Positions 56,201 through 64,000 of a DNA stretch of 64,000 bases are shown here, in pieces. Both the position numbers and the translations under genes were made by a program. The notes below the pieces were generated by a model. That model did not search any database and was not told the DNA's origin. It saw nothing but the letters and a program-made list of their open reading frames with translations. The DNA comes from a virus. Lineage: Duplodnaviria; Caudoviricetes. Within the stretch, counting starts at the first letter, position 1, and each line of letters begins with the position of its first letter. Where the stretch lies: IMG/VR virus record IMGVR_UViG_3300033802_000250. The stretch is one strand, 5' to 3'.

Positions 56201-58823
56201 CGCGTCGTTTATCGGGTACGACCCGCAAACAATCCGCGAACACATGCTGTACATGGATGCCGTCAAAGAAGAATCCTTCAAGCGCAAGCTGGATTTCGGT
56301 ACGGACTGGCACAAGGCGTGGGAGAAGCAAATGGCCGAATCCGGCATTGCGATCAGCATGGAGGGTTATGTTAAGGACGAAAGAGCAGGGATCAGCGGAT
56401 TCTATGACCTGTATGGCGATCACGAGAAGATCCTCGACTACCTGTTTGCGAATGCGGCGGAGTTCACCTATTTTGGCCCGACCTATGTTCCCGATCCGTC
56501 CGGGCAAGGCTTGCAACCGGACGAGAACCTCGGCGGCTTCTACTACGAAGGAAGCGTCATAGACTTGACCGATGAGGAGTCCCGGGAGCAGTTCAAAGAG
56601 TTCGCGTTGACACAAGGCCAATACGCGCTGATTGACCCGAAAACGCGGAGCCCGTGGGAATGGGAAAACGGGACGGTGCATTTCGAGAACATTCAGCAGG
56701 TCAACTTCTATGCGCAACATATGCAGACGCCAATCAACTATCTGATTCATGTGGATCGGGAAAACCCGGATCGCGGCTTCAAAGTATATGCCTTTGGCGC
56801 GAACCCGGAACTGTATGACTACAGTGTCGCAAAGGTCGAAGCGGTACGGGAGGGAATACGACAGGATATTGAATCGGGCAGACTGTCGCGCGGCGACCTA
56901 TACCGCCCGATTGACCGATACCGGATTCTCGCCGATGTTGCGCCGTATTCGCAGGAGTTCCGCAACCTGAAGTCTCAGCTTGCGATGATGGATCTGACGG
57001 AGGAGGAACAGGAGGAAATCCGGCGCATCAACGAAATGGTGTCGCAACGCAAACAGCGTCTTCGGCTGTATCCGTACCGGTTCACAACGGCCAATCTGGA
57101 GAACGCATTCGTCACGGTAGATCAGGTGATCGACAGCAATACGTTCACAACTCTGGAGTTCCCGGACAATCCCATTCGGCTGGCTGGACTCAGGGTGCCC
57201 GTCGGTCAAGACGATCCGGTGGCGCAACAAGCGCGTGAAGTGATTGACTCTGTTATCAAGCCGGGCAAGCGTTTGCGGATTGCTATCGACGCCGACGAAC
57301 TAAACCGCGTGAAGGATGACACCTACCAAACAATTCAGGCCGTGGTGTACGACCGCAAAGATCGCAATCTGAACTACTACCTGATTCAGCAGGGGCTCGC
57401 CAAGGAGAAAGAGGAGGATTATTCTCCTGCGGCGGTACACGCCCGCTTCACGCCTCGGGAGATCGCGTTCGGATCATTATGGGAACGGTTTGCCCATATG
57501 GATACGATCATCCACACGAAGTTCCTTCAAGTGCGCTCGCCGCTGGAAAGCTACGAGCGGCGGGAAGTCTACGGCAAGGACTGGCAGGAATGGACAGATC
57601 CTATTGCCGACTACCTGATTCCGGCAATCCAGAACGCGATGGTTCACCATCCGATTTTTGCAATTGCCGGGGGCGCATTCATCGGTGCCGCTTTCGGTTC
57701 TTTGAAGTCTGGTGACATCGGATATACCGGCGAGCGTATCGTCGCCCGGTATGGAAAGATCGTCGGCGGCGTACTCGGCGCATCGGTAATGGGTACGGCG
57801 GTCATGTACCGGATGTTGTACGAGGAGATTAACAACGAGGCATGGATTCCGAAGCGTCGGAGAAAAGAAAGGGAAACAGAAGAATACTTCGATATCCTGA
57901 AGTATATCAAGTACAACAAGCTGTTCGAGGAATACGCAAAAGCCGCCAAGGAACAAGAAGGCTTTGATGTCAAAGCGTACATCGAGCAGGAGAGCCGGGA
58001 AGGCCAACTGCGAGAACAGCGTGTGAAGGATCTCGAAGACATCAAGCGGCTAATCTATCGCTCGCGACAAAATCAATGGCCGGAAATCCAAGAACGACTT
58101 CGTGAATTGGGCATTGATGCAGAAGACCGCGAATCCGCCATGAAGGAAATCAACCGGGAGCTTGCGGCGCTGAAACAGCACCGGGAGATCCGTCCGGTGA
58201 CGCCGCTTGCGGCACGCGCGATTCTGTACCATCAGGCCGCCAGCAAGACCATGTATGGCTACAAGCCGGGTGATCCGGTCGCCAACGTGCTTGCCGCTCT
58301 GCCGAAAAAGGAGCGGGATTACCTCGTTCCGTTTATCGAAGCGCCGGAGGAAGAACGCCAGCGCATTCTGGATGTCGTTCCAAGCTATGTACGCCGTGTT
58401 CTGCAATCGGCGTGGGGGCTTCCGGTGGATGAGAAGATCAGCTTGCAGAAATACTTCGAGTCGCATCCGCTCCCCGGCCCGGGATGGGAAGGCTGGCGCG
58501 AGAATGTCTCCATCGACGACATCAAGGTGAAGTTTGTGGATCGCGTCGGTCTCGACCCGTCCGAGTTCGACATCTGGCCGCAAGACAAACAACGGGCCGA
58601 GATGGTCGATGCTCCGGTTCCGAACGTCTTCGGCGGATGGGAGACCGCCAGCAGTTACGCTGAAAAGATTCGCGGTATTTTGCAGGGAGCGGGACTGGAC
58701 GAGATTGAAGTTGACATCGTAGAATCAAATAGAGAAGGTATTCAGGTCGATATGGACATCCGCAAGGATCGCCGCGAGGAGTTCAAGCGACTGGTGAATA
58801 CGCAGGGGCAGTACGTTATCTAA
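53169..58823 (+). CDS. Giant tape-measure-position protein with PD-(D/E)XK and SNase-like domains (about 1884 aa)
   Basis: RBS AAAAGGAGGT before GTG 53169; GTDWH...SGFYD...IDPKT...QVNFY; VIDSNT...IRLAG...NLNYYLIQQGLA; hydrophobic segments. Confidence 0.7.
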   Translation: MADTTLYKNRYRKYLEDDADTYLGEKTPTSTKFIMGGVAAVGLAFGGLHAFNSGMLRDIMHSTILRAGRYRRGRVTALNQSLRRWSEDDGWTGLSQALKDAIKGNLNSAKTNMNRFIETMGRARNYAEDGLIEHQRRMERIMNSQLVDKEYEAFRLHSNYNEILRQMREQGIDEGSRAYRFAAERMRDFRVKYTTLDDKWEALQMHRTGFRHATINDLIRAGELSLDEPWVKEGMELFRQATGKAENFLTSRADRNILIDMDGNIADLRDFRKTFVGFIESITTDFTIPLIKINPLRMFYLDLFFRTEDKPFFYLAKPSHRNPIVTGHNGAANTPLFFVDGKVYDMLPADSDLPKQVAQGVFLADARRGPVARLLRNMSGISISKFNRPEANAPFWVRARYNLQSFLGLGQQDEPGGKFDFFDMTSWGQSFMNFFTKRLQMTKYQVRDDYLSDAFGEGAQYIFFHKPKSWNEYDNIKDFLGQLTAGRKDLTKVTVASLFPYGFVERLNATLNQVYLGLPNSDLGSAFDIFKNLMLKRIMPIWAGYELFQYVNYESENFTGEQFSDRFAKMYAHTSVEIARLRDKLGITEWAKGVSPLLVGGEQITEFPVIGRFFDWNDSEEETKEYWESGMDPVRKGRWWPLGNTPYTGGKIDYFQPNWVRRVLADAKFSDTMYGSRDEYFAHSWMPTPRYPLAPIRHFFTDPYHWEEKHYYDRPYPVTGGIPELEEFPLIGPVLNSTVGAILKPQRRMHMEYWEGQPEDLQEAVPVASFAPVTPELQRDFVMGTGMFGAAGGGTGPTVSIPASTMQAVQPVMAAYVTASGQVQLISTDDQENIQYARQIMQDRSPLYTGRFRQENLPQPGDVPDDSIPVFPGALSQVVGNLHYNVSEMGGFYGFMGTSVTGELFDDRPVLQSSSEISSYTRAFWDMDIGGYGGDANEIFRRFLPKERRLNEVNPIRNRMPDWLPGQDYFIDFQRGDPYVKIKKGEIRLPGEAYERMYNIDTDKMLRMEIGASFIGYDPQTIREHMLYMDAVKEESFKRKLDFGTDWHKAWEKQMAESGIAISMEGYVKDERAGISGFYDLYGDHEKILDYLFANAAEFTYFGPTYVPDPSGQGLQPDENLGGFYYEGSVIDLTDEESREQFKEFALTQGQYALIDPKTRSPWEWENGTVHFENIQQVNFYAQHMQTPINYLIHVDRENPDRGFKVYAFGANPELYDYSVAKVEAVREGIRQDIESGRLSRGDLYRPIDRYRILADVAPYSQEFRNLKSQLAMMDLTEEEQEEIRRINEMVSQRKQRLRLYPYRFTTANLENAFVTVDQVIDSNTFTTLEFPDNPIRLAGLRVPVGQDDPVAQQAREVIDSVIKPGKRLRIAIDADELNRVKDDTYQTIQAVVYDRKDRNLNYYLIQQGLAKEKEEDYSPAAVHARFTPREIAFGSLWERFAHMDTIIHTKFLQVRSPLESYERREVYGKDWQEWTDPIADYLIPAIQNAMVHHPIFAIAGGAFIGAAFGSLKSGDIGYTGERIVARYGKIVGGVLGASVMGTAVMYRMLYEEINNEAWIPKRRRKERETEEYFDILKYIKYNKLFEEYAKAAKEQEGFDVKAYIEQESREGQLREQRVKDLEDIKRLIYRSRQNQWPEIQERLRELGIDAEDRESAMKEINRELAALKQHREIRPVTPLAARAILYHQAASKTMYGYKPGDPVANVLAALPKKERDYLVPFIEAPEEERQRILDVVPSYVRRVLQSAWGLPVDEKISLQKYFESHPLPGPGWEGWRENVSIDDIKVKFVDRVGLDPSEFDIWPQDKQRAEMVDAPVPNVFGGWETASSYAEKIRGILQGAGLDEIEVDIVESNREGIQVDMDIRKDRREEFKRLVNTQGQYVI

Positions 58824-58850
58824 GGAGTTCGGCAACGGACTCCTTTTCTT
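58822..58850 (+). terminator. Intrinsic terminator between the two giant genes
   Basis: AAGGAGTTCG-GCAA-CGGACTCCTT then TTCTT. Confidence 0.75.
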
Positions 58851-58862
58851 GAATGAGGAGGG

Positions 58863-61800
58863 ATGATGATGGAGCGGGTTCTGAAAGGTACTCGGGAAGA
58901 TGCCGAAAGGGTGTTTGCGAAAAAATACCTTGAGGTCATCGAAAACATTGTTAAGCACCGCGTCGAGGCCGCCAGATTGACAGGTATGGAAATCCACCAT
59001 ATTGCCGTGGCGGTCGCCCGCTATCATACATACGTCACGACCGGCTACAACATTATGGAAGTGCGGTTTGGTGGTTCCGGCGACCGGTACTACGATATGC
59101 GCATCGGGCTGTTTCTCAACGAAGCAAAGCGGCAGGGTACGGTCACGCCAAGACTTCGCCAGTTGGTTTCCAAGATATCCACAACCGTTTCTTCCGCACC
59201 GGACATGATGCACAGCTATTCGATGGCGGCCAACATCAAAACCCTGTTGCGGCAAGTGCCGTCCGAGGTGCTGAAACGGGAGATTATCAACACCGGTCAA
59301 CAACCTGTGGATAAAGAGATCTCCTATCTGAGCAAAAAGCTGTTTGGATGGAAAGGCGATCCGCGCTTTGCTTCGCTGGAGATCGGCAAAATGCCGGATG
59401 TCAACATGGCGGAACTGCGAAAACTGGAGAGCAGAACGTTCAAATCAAGCAAAGCGAGGCAGAAGTTTGAAAGTCTGCTCGGCCAAGTTTTCGTGATGGC
59501 TGAAAATCAGCGCAAGAGCGAACAAAAGCTGATTAAACCTCAAGGCCGCAATCCCCGTGAGTTTCCGCCGAAAACCGAAAAGGAAATCATTGACCAGATG
59601 GTGAGATCCTTCGAGCGACACGATCCACCGGACAATCCATTTCGATACGAAAACATGGGATCGGAGCTTGCGGAGTGGCGGAAAACGGGGTACATGGACG
59701 CCGAGCATCAACACGAGTGGATCAGGGAAATCCTGAACCGGTATTCGAGCGACGCCTACGATTCGGAGCCGCTTGTCCGTGACGGCATTGTGATCAGAGA
59801 CCGGATGTCCGGTGTCGCCATTTCCCATTACAAGCCGCCGTCCGGCGTGCTTCAGGGATCGGTGCCGTTCTTTACGGCAGAGGAGAAGTTTTTTCAGGCG
59901 ATTCAGCAAAGCCAGCTTTTTATGGATCCGGCGTACTTCCACGGCGTCTTTGAGAACATCCAAGGGCCGGACGATTTCCGGGCTCGCGTGCTGACCGCGA
60001 AGGAAATTGCAGATCGCTACATCATCAATACCAAGAAAGACCGGCTGGAACTGCGGGCAATCCGGGATATTCTGTCGGAGGCGCGGCGCAATGGGTCGAT
60101 GCTTTACCAGATCTCTCAAAGCGCAAAATACGCGGATACTGATGTATCGAAATTCCTTCGTGAGAATGTCCTGAAGAAGAATCAGAAAGCCCCGGAACAC
60201 GTCCTGCAAGCAATGAGCTTGTTTGTCCGCCAAAAGCTGTTCAATCCGTTGCCGCTGACAGGAACCGAGCATCGCAAGATCGGCACGTTTTCTCAGGCCA
60301 TCAACCGCTTCCTGTACCAAATGGATATCGCCGACGATATGGAGATGGCGCGTCAAGCAGAGTATCTGAAGCCGTTGGCGGTATATCGCAACTTCCGCAA
60401 AGGCTACTACGAGATGATCGACGCGCTGTATGGCACACTCCGGGAAACCAGCATCGACGCCAAGACGTGGATGGATTTTTGGCGCGGCGAAATTCTGACA
60501 AAGGAAGGATACAAGAAGGTTCCCAATACGGACGGCTTACTGGATCGGCACGAATTGGAGTCGTTGTACAAGTTCACGCATTTGGATCCGGGCAACCGGG
60601 ATCTGGTTGATCGGATCGCCGCCAGCTTCGAGGAGCGCGAGGTTGCCGAATCTGCACATCTGATGATTCAGCGCAGAATCGCTGGGGACTTCACGACCGT
60701 TGATGATGCGGCAAGCGGCAGGATGGCTTCTGCGCTGATTGACACAATTCGGCGTCATCAGCATACGCTGGAGACCGCAGACAACTATTCGGCCTTTGTG
60801 GATCAACTGTATGAGCGTCTGCCAAAAGGAAGACAAGATGCTTTTGCTGGTTTGACCAAAGACGGCCTCCGGGCGATGCTCGCCTCCTACAATCTTGAGG
60901 AGAAGTTCGCCAAGAAGGAAACCCGGGCCGAAGCTATCCATGCTCTGCCTGCGGAGATCGAAGCGAGAAGAAAGAGCGGGACATACACGACCTATACCGC
61001 AAACACGACGGTCTCAGACAGCAATCTGCCGATGTGGCGTGAAGCGCAATACAACAAATGGGAAGTGACGCTTCCGAATACGTATGGCCGCCACACCATT
61101 GAATCCATTGATGGCGGCATCGTAAAACTGCGGGTACGCGGTGCGATGGCGGATCAAGTGCGCGTGAGTCTGCCGGAGGATATCGACTTCGAGAAACTCA
61201 AGCAGATGATCCTCGCGTACAACGAACGCATGGCTGATCGTGAATTGGGCAAGCAGTTCGACTTCACCCCGGTCGAGCGCAAGCTGGAAAACAGCGTTGT
61301 TGAAGTCCGCTACAAGATTGATTGGGTTAATGAAGATCTTGCGGAAACGGATCAACAATTGTACGACCGGTTGCGCAAAATCGAGGATGCGTTGCGCCGG
61401 GAAGCGCCGCATCTGGACGAGATTCAAACGACGCAAATCCGGCTGTCGAACCTGCTTGAACCATATCACAAGTTCATGACGCGCTCGGACGAAGTCAATC
61501 GTGAGAATGTCAGTGTTGTCGCCCGGTCATTCATGCCGAACAAGCTATATAAGTACATTCGCGATACGATGCCTTACATGATCGAGGAGGGCCAAGGCGA
61601 CAAACTGGCAAGCCAGATTTACATGGCGTTGGTTGAATCAGTACGAGGCATTGGTCACGGCGCGACGATTGACCTGACGGACGAAGGCTTCATCAAGCGT
61701 TGGCAAGACATGAGGATGACCCAAGAGCAAATCGACGAGAACCTGAAGTATTTGCGGCCTCTTGGTTTGCGAGATCGCTTGGATGAGTTCATGCTCGACA

Positions 61801-64000
61801 TCTTCCAGCGTAAGATGAAGGAGCAATACTTCAACAAATACGGATCCACCCGGGCCCAACGCGACGGAGCCGTCCGGGCTGTCCTCAAAGATGTGTTCTA
61901 CAAGCTGAGCGAAATGTACGAGAATACGCGGGATAAGCGCTTCGAGCCGACGCCTGCAAACATCGAAGGGTATCTGCGTACGGCTCGCCAGCACCTCCGG
62001 CTTTTCCCGTTTTACGAGGAGGCAACCAGACTCAGCGAAGAACAGATCAAGGACATCATGCTGTCGCGGGAATGGGAAAGCGTACGACCGGCGTCGCTTG
62101 AGGATTACATGGTCAAAAGCCTCGACGACTATGAGGATGAATTCAGGGCGCACGGCGTCGTATCGCTCGACACCAACCGCGAGATCGTCACGGTAGATGA
62201 TCTGAACACGATTGACGAGTTCATGCGGGAGCGGAAGCGCGTTGCGGTTTCCGTTGAGAACCAGCGCAATCCGCTGGATATTCTGGAACAACATTTCAAA
62301 ACCGCGTCCCGGGCGCTAAGCGATCTGGAAATGACCGGAATGAATATGCTGGAGTTTATGTACGACTTCGTGCAAGCCGACGATCCAACGGTCAAATACA
62401 TTCCGGGCAAGGTGTTCATTGACAACGAGTGGAAGGAAGCCGAAATTACGCGCGGTACGCGCGGCGACATCATCGCTGTATTGCAAGACACGAACGAGAT
62501 CGTTCCGATTTTGCGTTCGGAAGCAGATGCGATTCGCTACCGCCGCGCAGACCAGTATGAGCCGCAACGGGCATTCGGTAAACAGATGGTCGAGCAAACG
62601 CACGCCAGTGGCGGCGTTCGCCGGGTAGCACTCGGCGATTACCAAAATATCCAGCGCAAAGGTGCGGGCTATCTGACGCAGGCCGACCCGTCGGATACGT
62701 TCGATTTGGTGAAAGACGTTCTGGCCGGTAAGCGGCGGGGCGTATATCTCGACATGGAAACCACTGGACTTGCCGATTCCACGATTCCTTCGCATCTCAT
62801 CCAGCCGCTCGAAATCTTCATGCGGCGTGCGGAGTGGAACCCGGAAGCGGGCGATTGGTATCGTGTAAACGGAGAAATCGGCTACCGTGTGATGGATGAT
62901 GTCACAACAGACGCTCTGCACATGATTATCACGCCGACCCGTGAAGTGAGAGAATATGCGCAACAGATTATGGATAATCCGAACTTCTACTTCACGATGG
63001 TTGAGAACGTGACCGGCGCAGACGGGGTTGTTCGGCAGGTACAAAAACAGTACAACGTCATGGACGTTTTGCGAATGCGTGCAGACGACAAGAACTGGCG
63101 CAGATACTCTGATTTCATGAAACGTGTCATGATGCAGGAGAACGGCGTCGAACTTGCCGGTCAGATCGCACGCATGGTGGATGAGTTGTATTTCCTGCGG
63201 AACATCGCTAAATACTCCGGCAACGAAGTAACCTTTGCGCAACACATTGGCCGCCTCGACAGCGAAATGGATCCGGCACACTTCGAGCGGTATTTCACGG
63301 AACTGAAAGCCGACGTGGCCGCCGCGTTGCGCAACTTCGAGGAAAACCCGGAGACCGGAAACATCCGTCTGCTGGATGTTATGAAGCGCATGGATCCAAA
63401 CGTCGATCTCGACAACGTTATGGTATTCAGCGGCGATGACCCTTCGTCATGGACGTGGGCGTTTGAACAGTGGAGAGATTTCGTCCGCAACGACGTAATC
63501 ATCGGGCAAAACGTATCAGAGGCCGACATCGCCAAATCCTACGAGATGCTCAACCGGGCGATGAGCGGATACGGAGATGAAATTCTCAAGCACGCCGATG
63601 CAATTGCCGACATTCTGGAGAACCAGCGGCAAGAGTTGGTTTCCGAATGGGCTCCTTTGTTTACGAACAACAGGTTTATTCTCGGCACCGAGCCAGCCGT
63701 TGTGGAATACTACCGCAACAAGCCCGGTATCATTCCGACCAGCCAGCGGGTTTTTATCGACGGCGAAAAAGTCGCAGGCGAACCGATTCCGACCAAAATC
63801 CGGGAGCGGGTGCCGGAGGTGGAGGTGGAATACCTCCGTCAAAGCGGCCAACTGCAACAACTGATCGACCAAGGCGATATTATTGAAACCCGCCGGGGTT
63901 ATACGCCGGATGAGATCGTCGCCAATGCTATCGAGAGCTTCCGTCCGCATTACGAAGAACGAGAGCAACTTCGGATGCGCGGCGAAGAAGTCCGGGATAC
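58863..64000 (+). CDS. Giant protein (more than 1712 aa, runs off window) containing a DEDD/DnaQ-like 3'-5' exonuclease domain; absent from the ORF track
   Basis: RBS GAGGAGGG then ATGATGATG; frame spot-checked open at 60000, 61020, 62040, 63960; in-frame YLDMETTGL (D at 62751) and DVIIGQNVSEADI (63492). Confidence 0.8.
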   Translation, partial: MMMERVLKGTREDAERVFAKKYLEVIENIVKHRVEAARLTGMEIHHIAVAVARYHTYVTTGYNIMEVRFGGSGDRYYDMRIGLFLNEAKRQGTVTPRLRQLVSKISTTVSSAPDMMHSYSMAANIKTLLRQVPSEVLKREIINTGQQPVDKEISYLSKKLFGWKGDPRFASLEIGKMPDVNMAELRKLESRTFKSSKARQKFESLLGQVFVMAENQRKSEQKLIKPQGRNPREFPPKTEKEIIDQMVRSFERHDPPDNPFRYENMGSELAEWRKTGYMDAEHQHEWIREILNRYSSDAYDSEPLVRDGIVIRDRMSGVAISHYKPPSGVLQGSVPFFTAEEKFFQAIQQSQLFMDPAYFHGVFENIQGPDDFRARVLTAKEIADRYIINTKKDRLELRAIRDILSEARRNGSMLYQISQSAKYADTDVSKFLRENVLKKNQKAPEHVLQAMSLFVRQKLFNPLPLTGTEHRKIGTFSQAINRFLYQMDIADDMEMARQAEYLKPLAVYRNFRKGYYEMIDALYGTLRETSIDAKTWMDFWRGEILTKEGYKKVPNTDGLLDRHELESLYKFTHLDPGNRDLVDRIAASFEEREVAESAHLMIQRRIAGDFTTVDDAASGRMASALIDTIRRHQHTLETADNYSAFVDQLYERLPKGRQDAFAGLTKDGLRAMLASYNLEEKFAKKETRAEAIHALPAEIEARRKSGTYTTYTANTTVSDSNLPMWREAQYNKWEVTLPNTYGRHTIESIDGGIVKLRVRGAMADQVRVSLPEDIDFEKLKQMILAYNERMADRELGKQFDFTPVERKLENSVVEVRYKIDWVNEDLAETDQQLYDRLRKIEDALRREAPHLDEIQTTQIRLSNLLEPYHKFMTRSDEVNRENVSVVARSFMPNKLYKYIRDTMPYMIEEGQGDKLASQIYMALVESVRGIGHGATIDLTDEGFIKRWQDMRMTQEQIDENLKYLRPLGLRDRLDEFMLDIFQRKMKEQYFNKYGSTRAQRDGAVRAVLKDVFYKLSEMYENTRDKRFEPTPANIEGYLRTARQHLRLFPFYEEATRLSEEQIKDIMLSREWESVRPASLEDYMVKSLDDYEDEFRAHGVVSLDTNREIVTVDDLNTIDEFMRERKRVAVSVENQRNPLDILEQHFKTASRALSDLEMTGMNMLEFMYDFVQADDPTVKYIPGKVFIDNEWKEAEITRGTRGDIIAVLQDTNEIVPILRSEADAIRYRRADQYEPQRAFGKQMVEQTHASGGVRRVALGDYQNIQRKGAGYLTQADPSDTFDLVKDVLAGKRRGVYLDMETTGLADSTIPSHLIQPLEIFMRRAEWNPEAGDWYRVNGEIGYRVMDDVTTDALHMIITPTREVREYAQQIMDNPNFYFTMVENVTGADGVVRQVQKQYNVMDVLRMRADDKNWRRYSDFMKRVMMQENGVELAGQIARMVDELYFLRNIAKYSGNEVTFAQHIGRLDSEMDPAHFERYFTELKADVAAALRNFEENPETGNIRLLDVMKRMDPNVDLDNVMVFSGDDPSSWTWAFEQWRDFVRNDVIIGQNVSEADIAKSYEMLNRAMSGYGDEILKHADAIADILENQRQELVSEWAPLFTNNRFILGTEPAVVEYYRNKPGIIPTSQRVFIDGEKVAGEPIPTKIRERVPEVEVEYLRQSGQLQQLIDQGDIIETRRGYTPDEIVANAIESFRPHYEEREQLRMRGEEVRD

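Larger units (their letters stand above)
1..64000. mobile_element. Segment of a large myovirus-type phage/prophage of a Bacillota host encoding its own RNA polymerase
   Basis: TerL, portal, prohead protease, MCP, sheath, tube, amidase and holin in one co-oriented block; no host housekeeping genes; ends and att sites not identified. Confidence 0.95.

Noticed and set aside
59002-63968. Many short ORFs listed on both strands
   Set aside because: All overlap the single giant frame starting at 58863

Overview
The whole window is part of one large tailed phage or prophage genome with a contractile (myovirus-type) tail. The host is probably a Bacillota: there are strong AGGAGG-type RBSs, sigma-A-like promoters and an SLH domain on the endolysin. 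No host genes, tRNAs, CRISPR array or integrase were seen. Two divergent arms meet at about 9.6-9.8 kb. The leftward arm (minus strand, 9585 to 1) holds small early-type genes and a 1205-aa YonO/RdRP-like two-barrel RNA polymerase (GADTDGD, AIDYAKTG). Upstream of the polymerase gene are two long, apparently non-coding segments, about 5530-6340 and 4149-4715. Both fold by eye into nested, G-U-rich helices preferentially on the minus strand, and they flank a Rho-N-domain protein gene. This candidate polymerase / structured-RNA / Rho-N module is the most novel-looking feature. The rightward arm starts with an accessory block: an orphan tail-tube paralog, a putative sRNA, a metallophosphoesterase, an Acb2/Tad1-like protein and a GNAT. 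Packaging, lysis, head, fibre, neck, two sheath paralogs, three further tube-fold proteins and two chaperones follow. The arm ends in two giant proteins at the tape-measure position, one with PD-(D/E)XK plus SNase-like domains, and one of more than 1712 aa, missing from the ORF track, with a DEDD exonuclease motif. All calls come from manual motif reading; no searches or folding programs were run.
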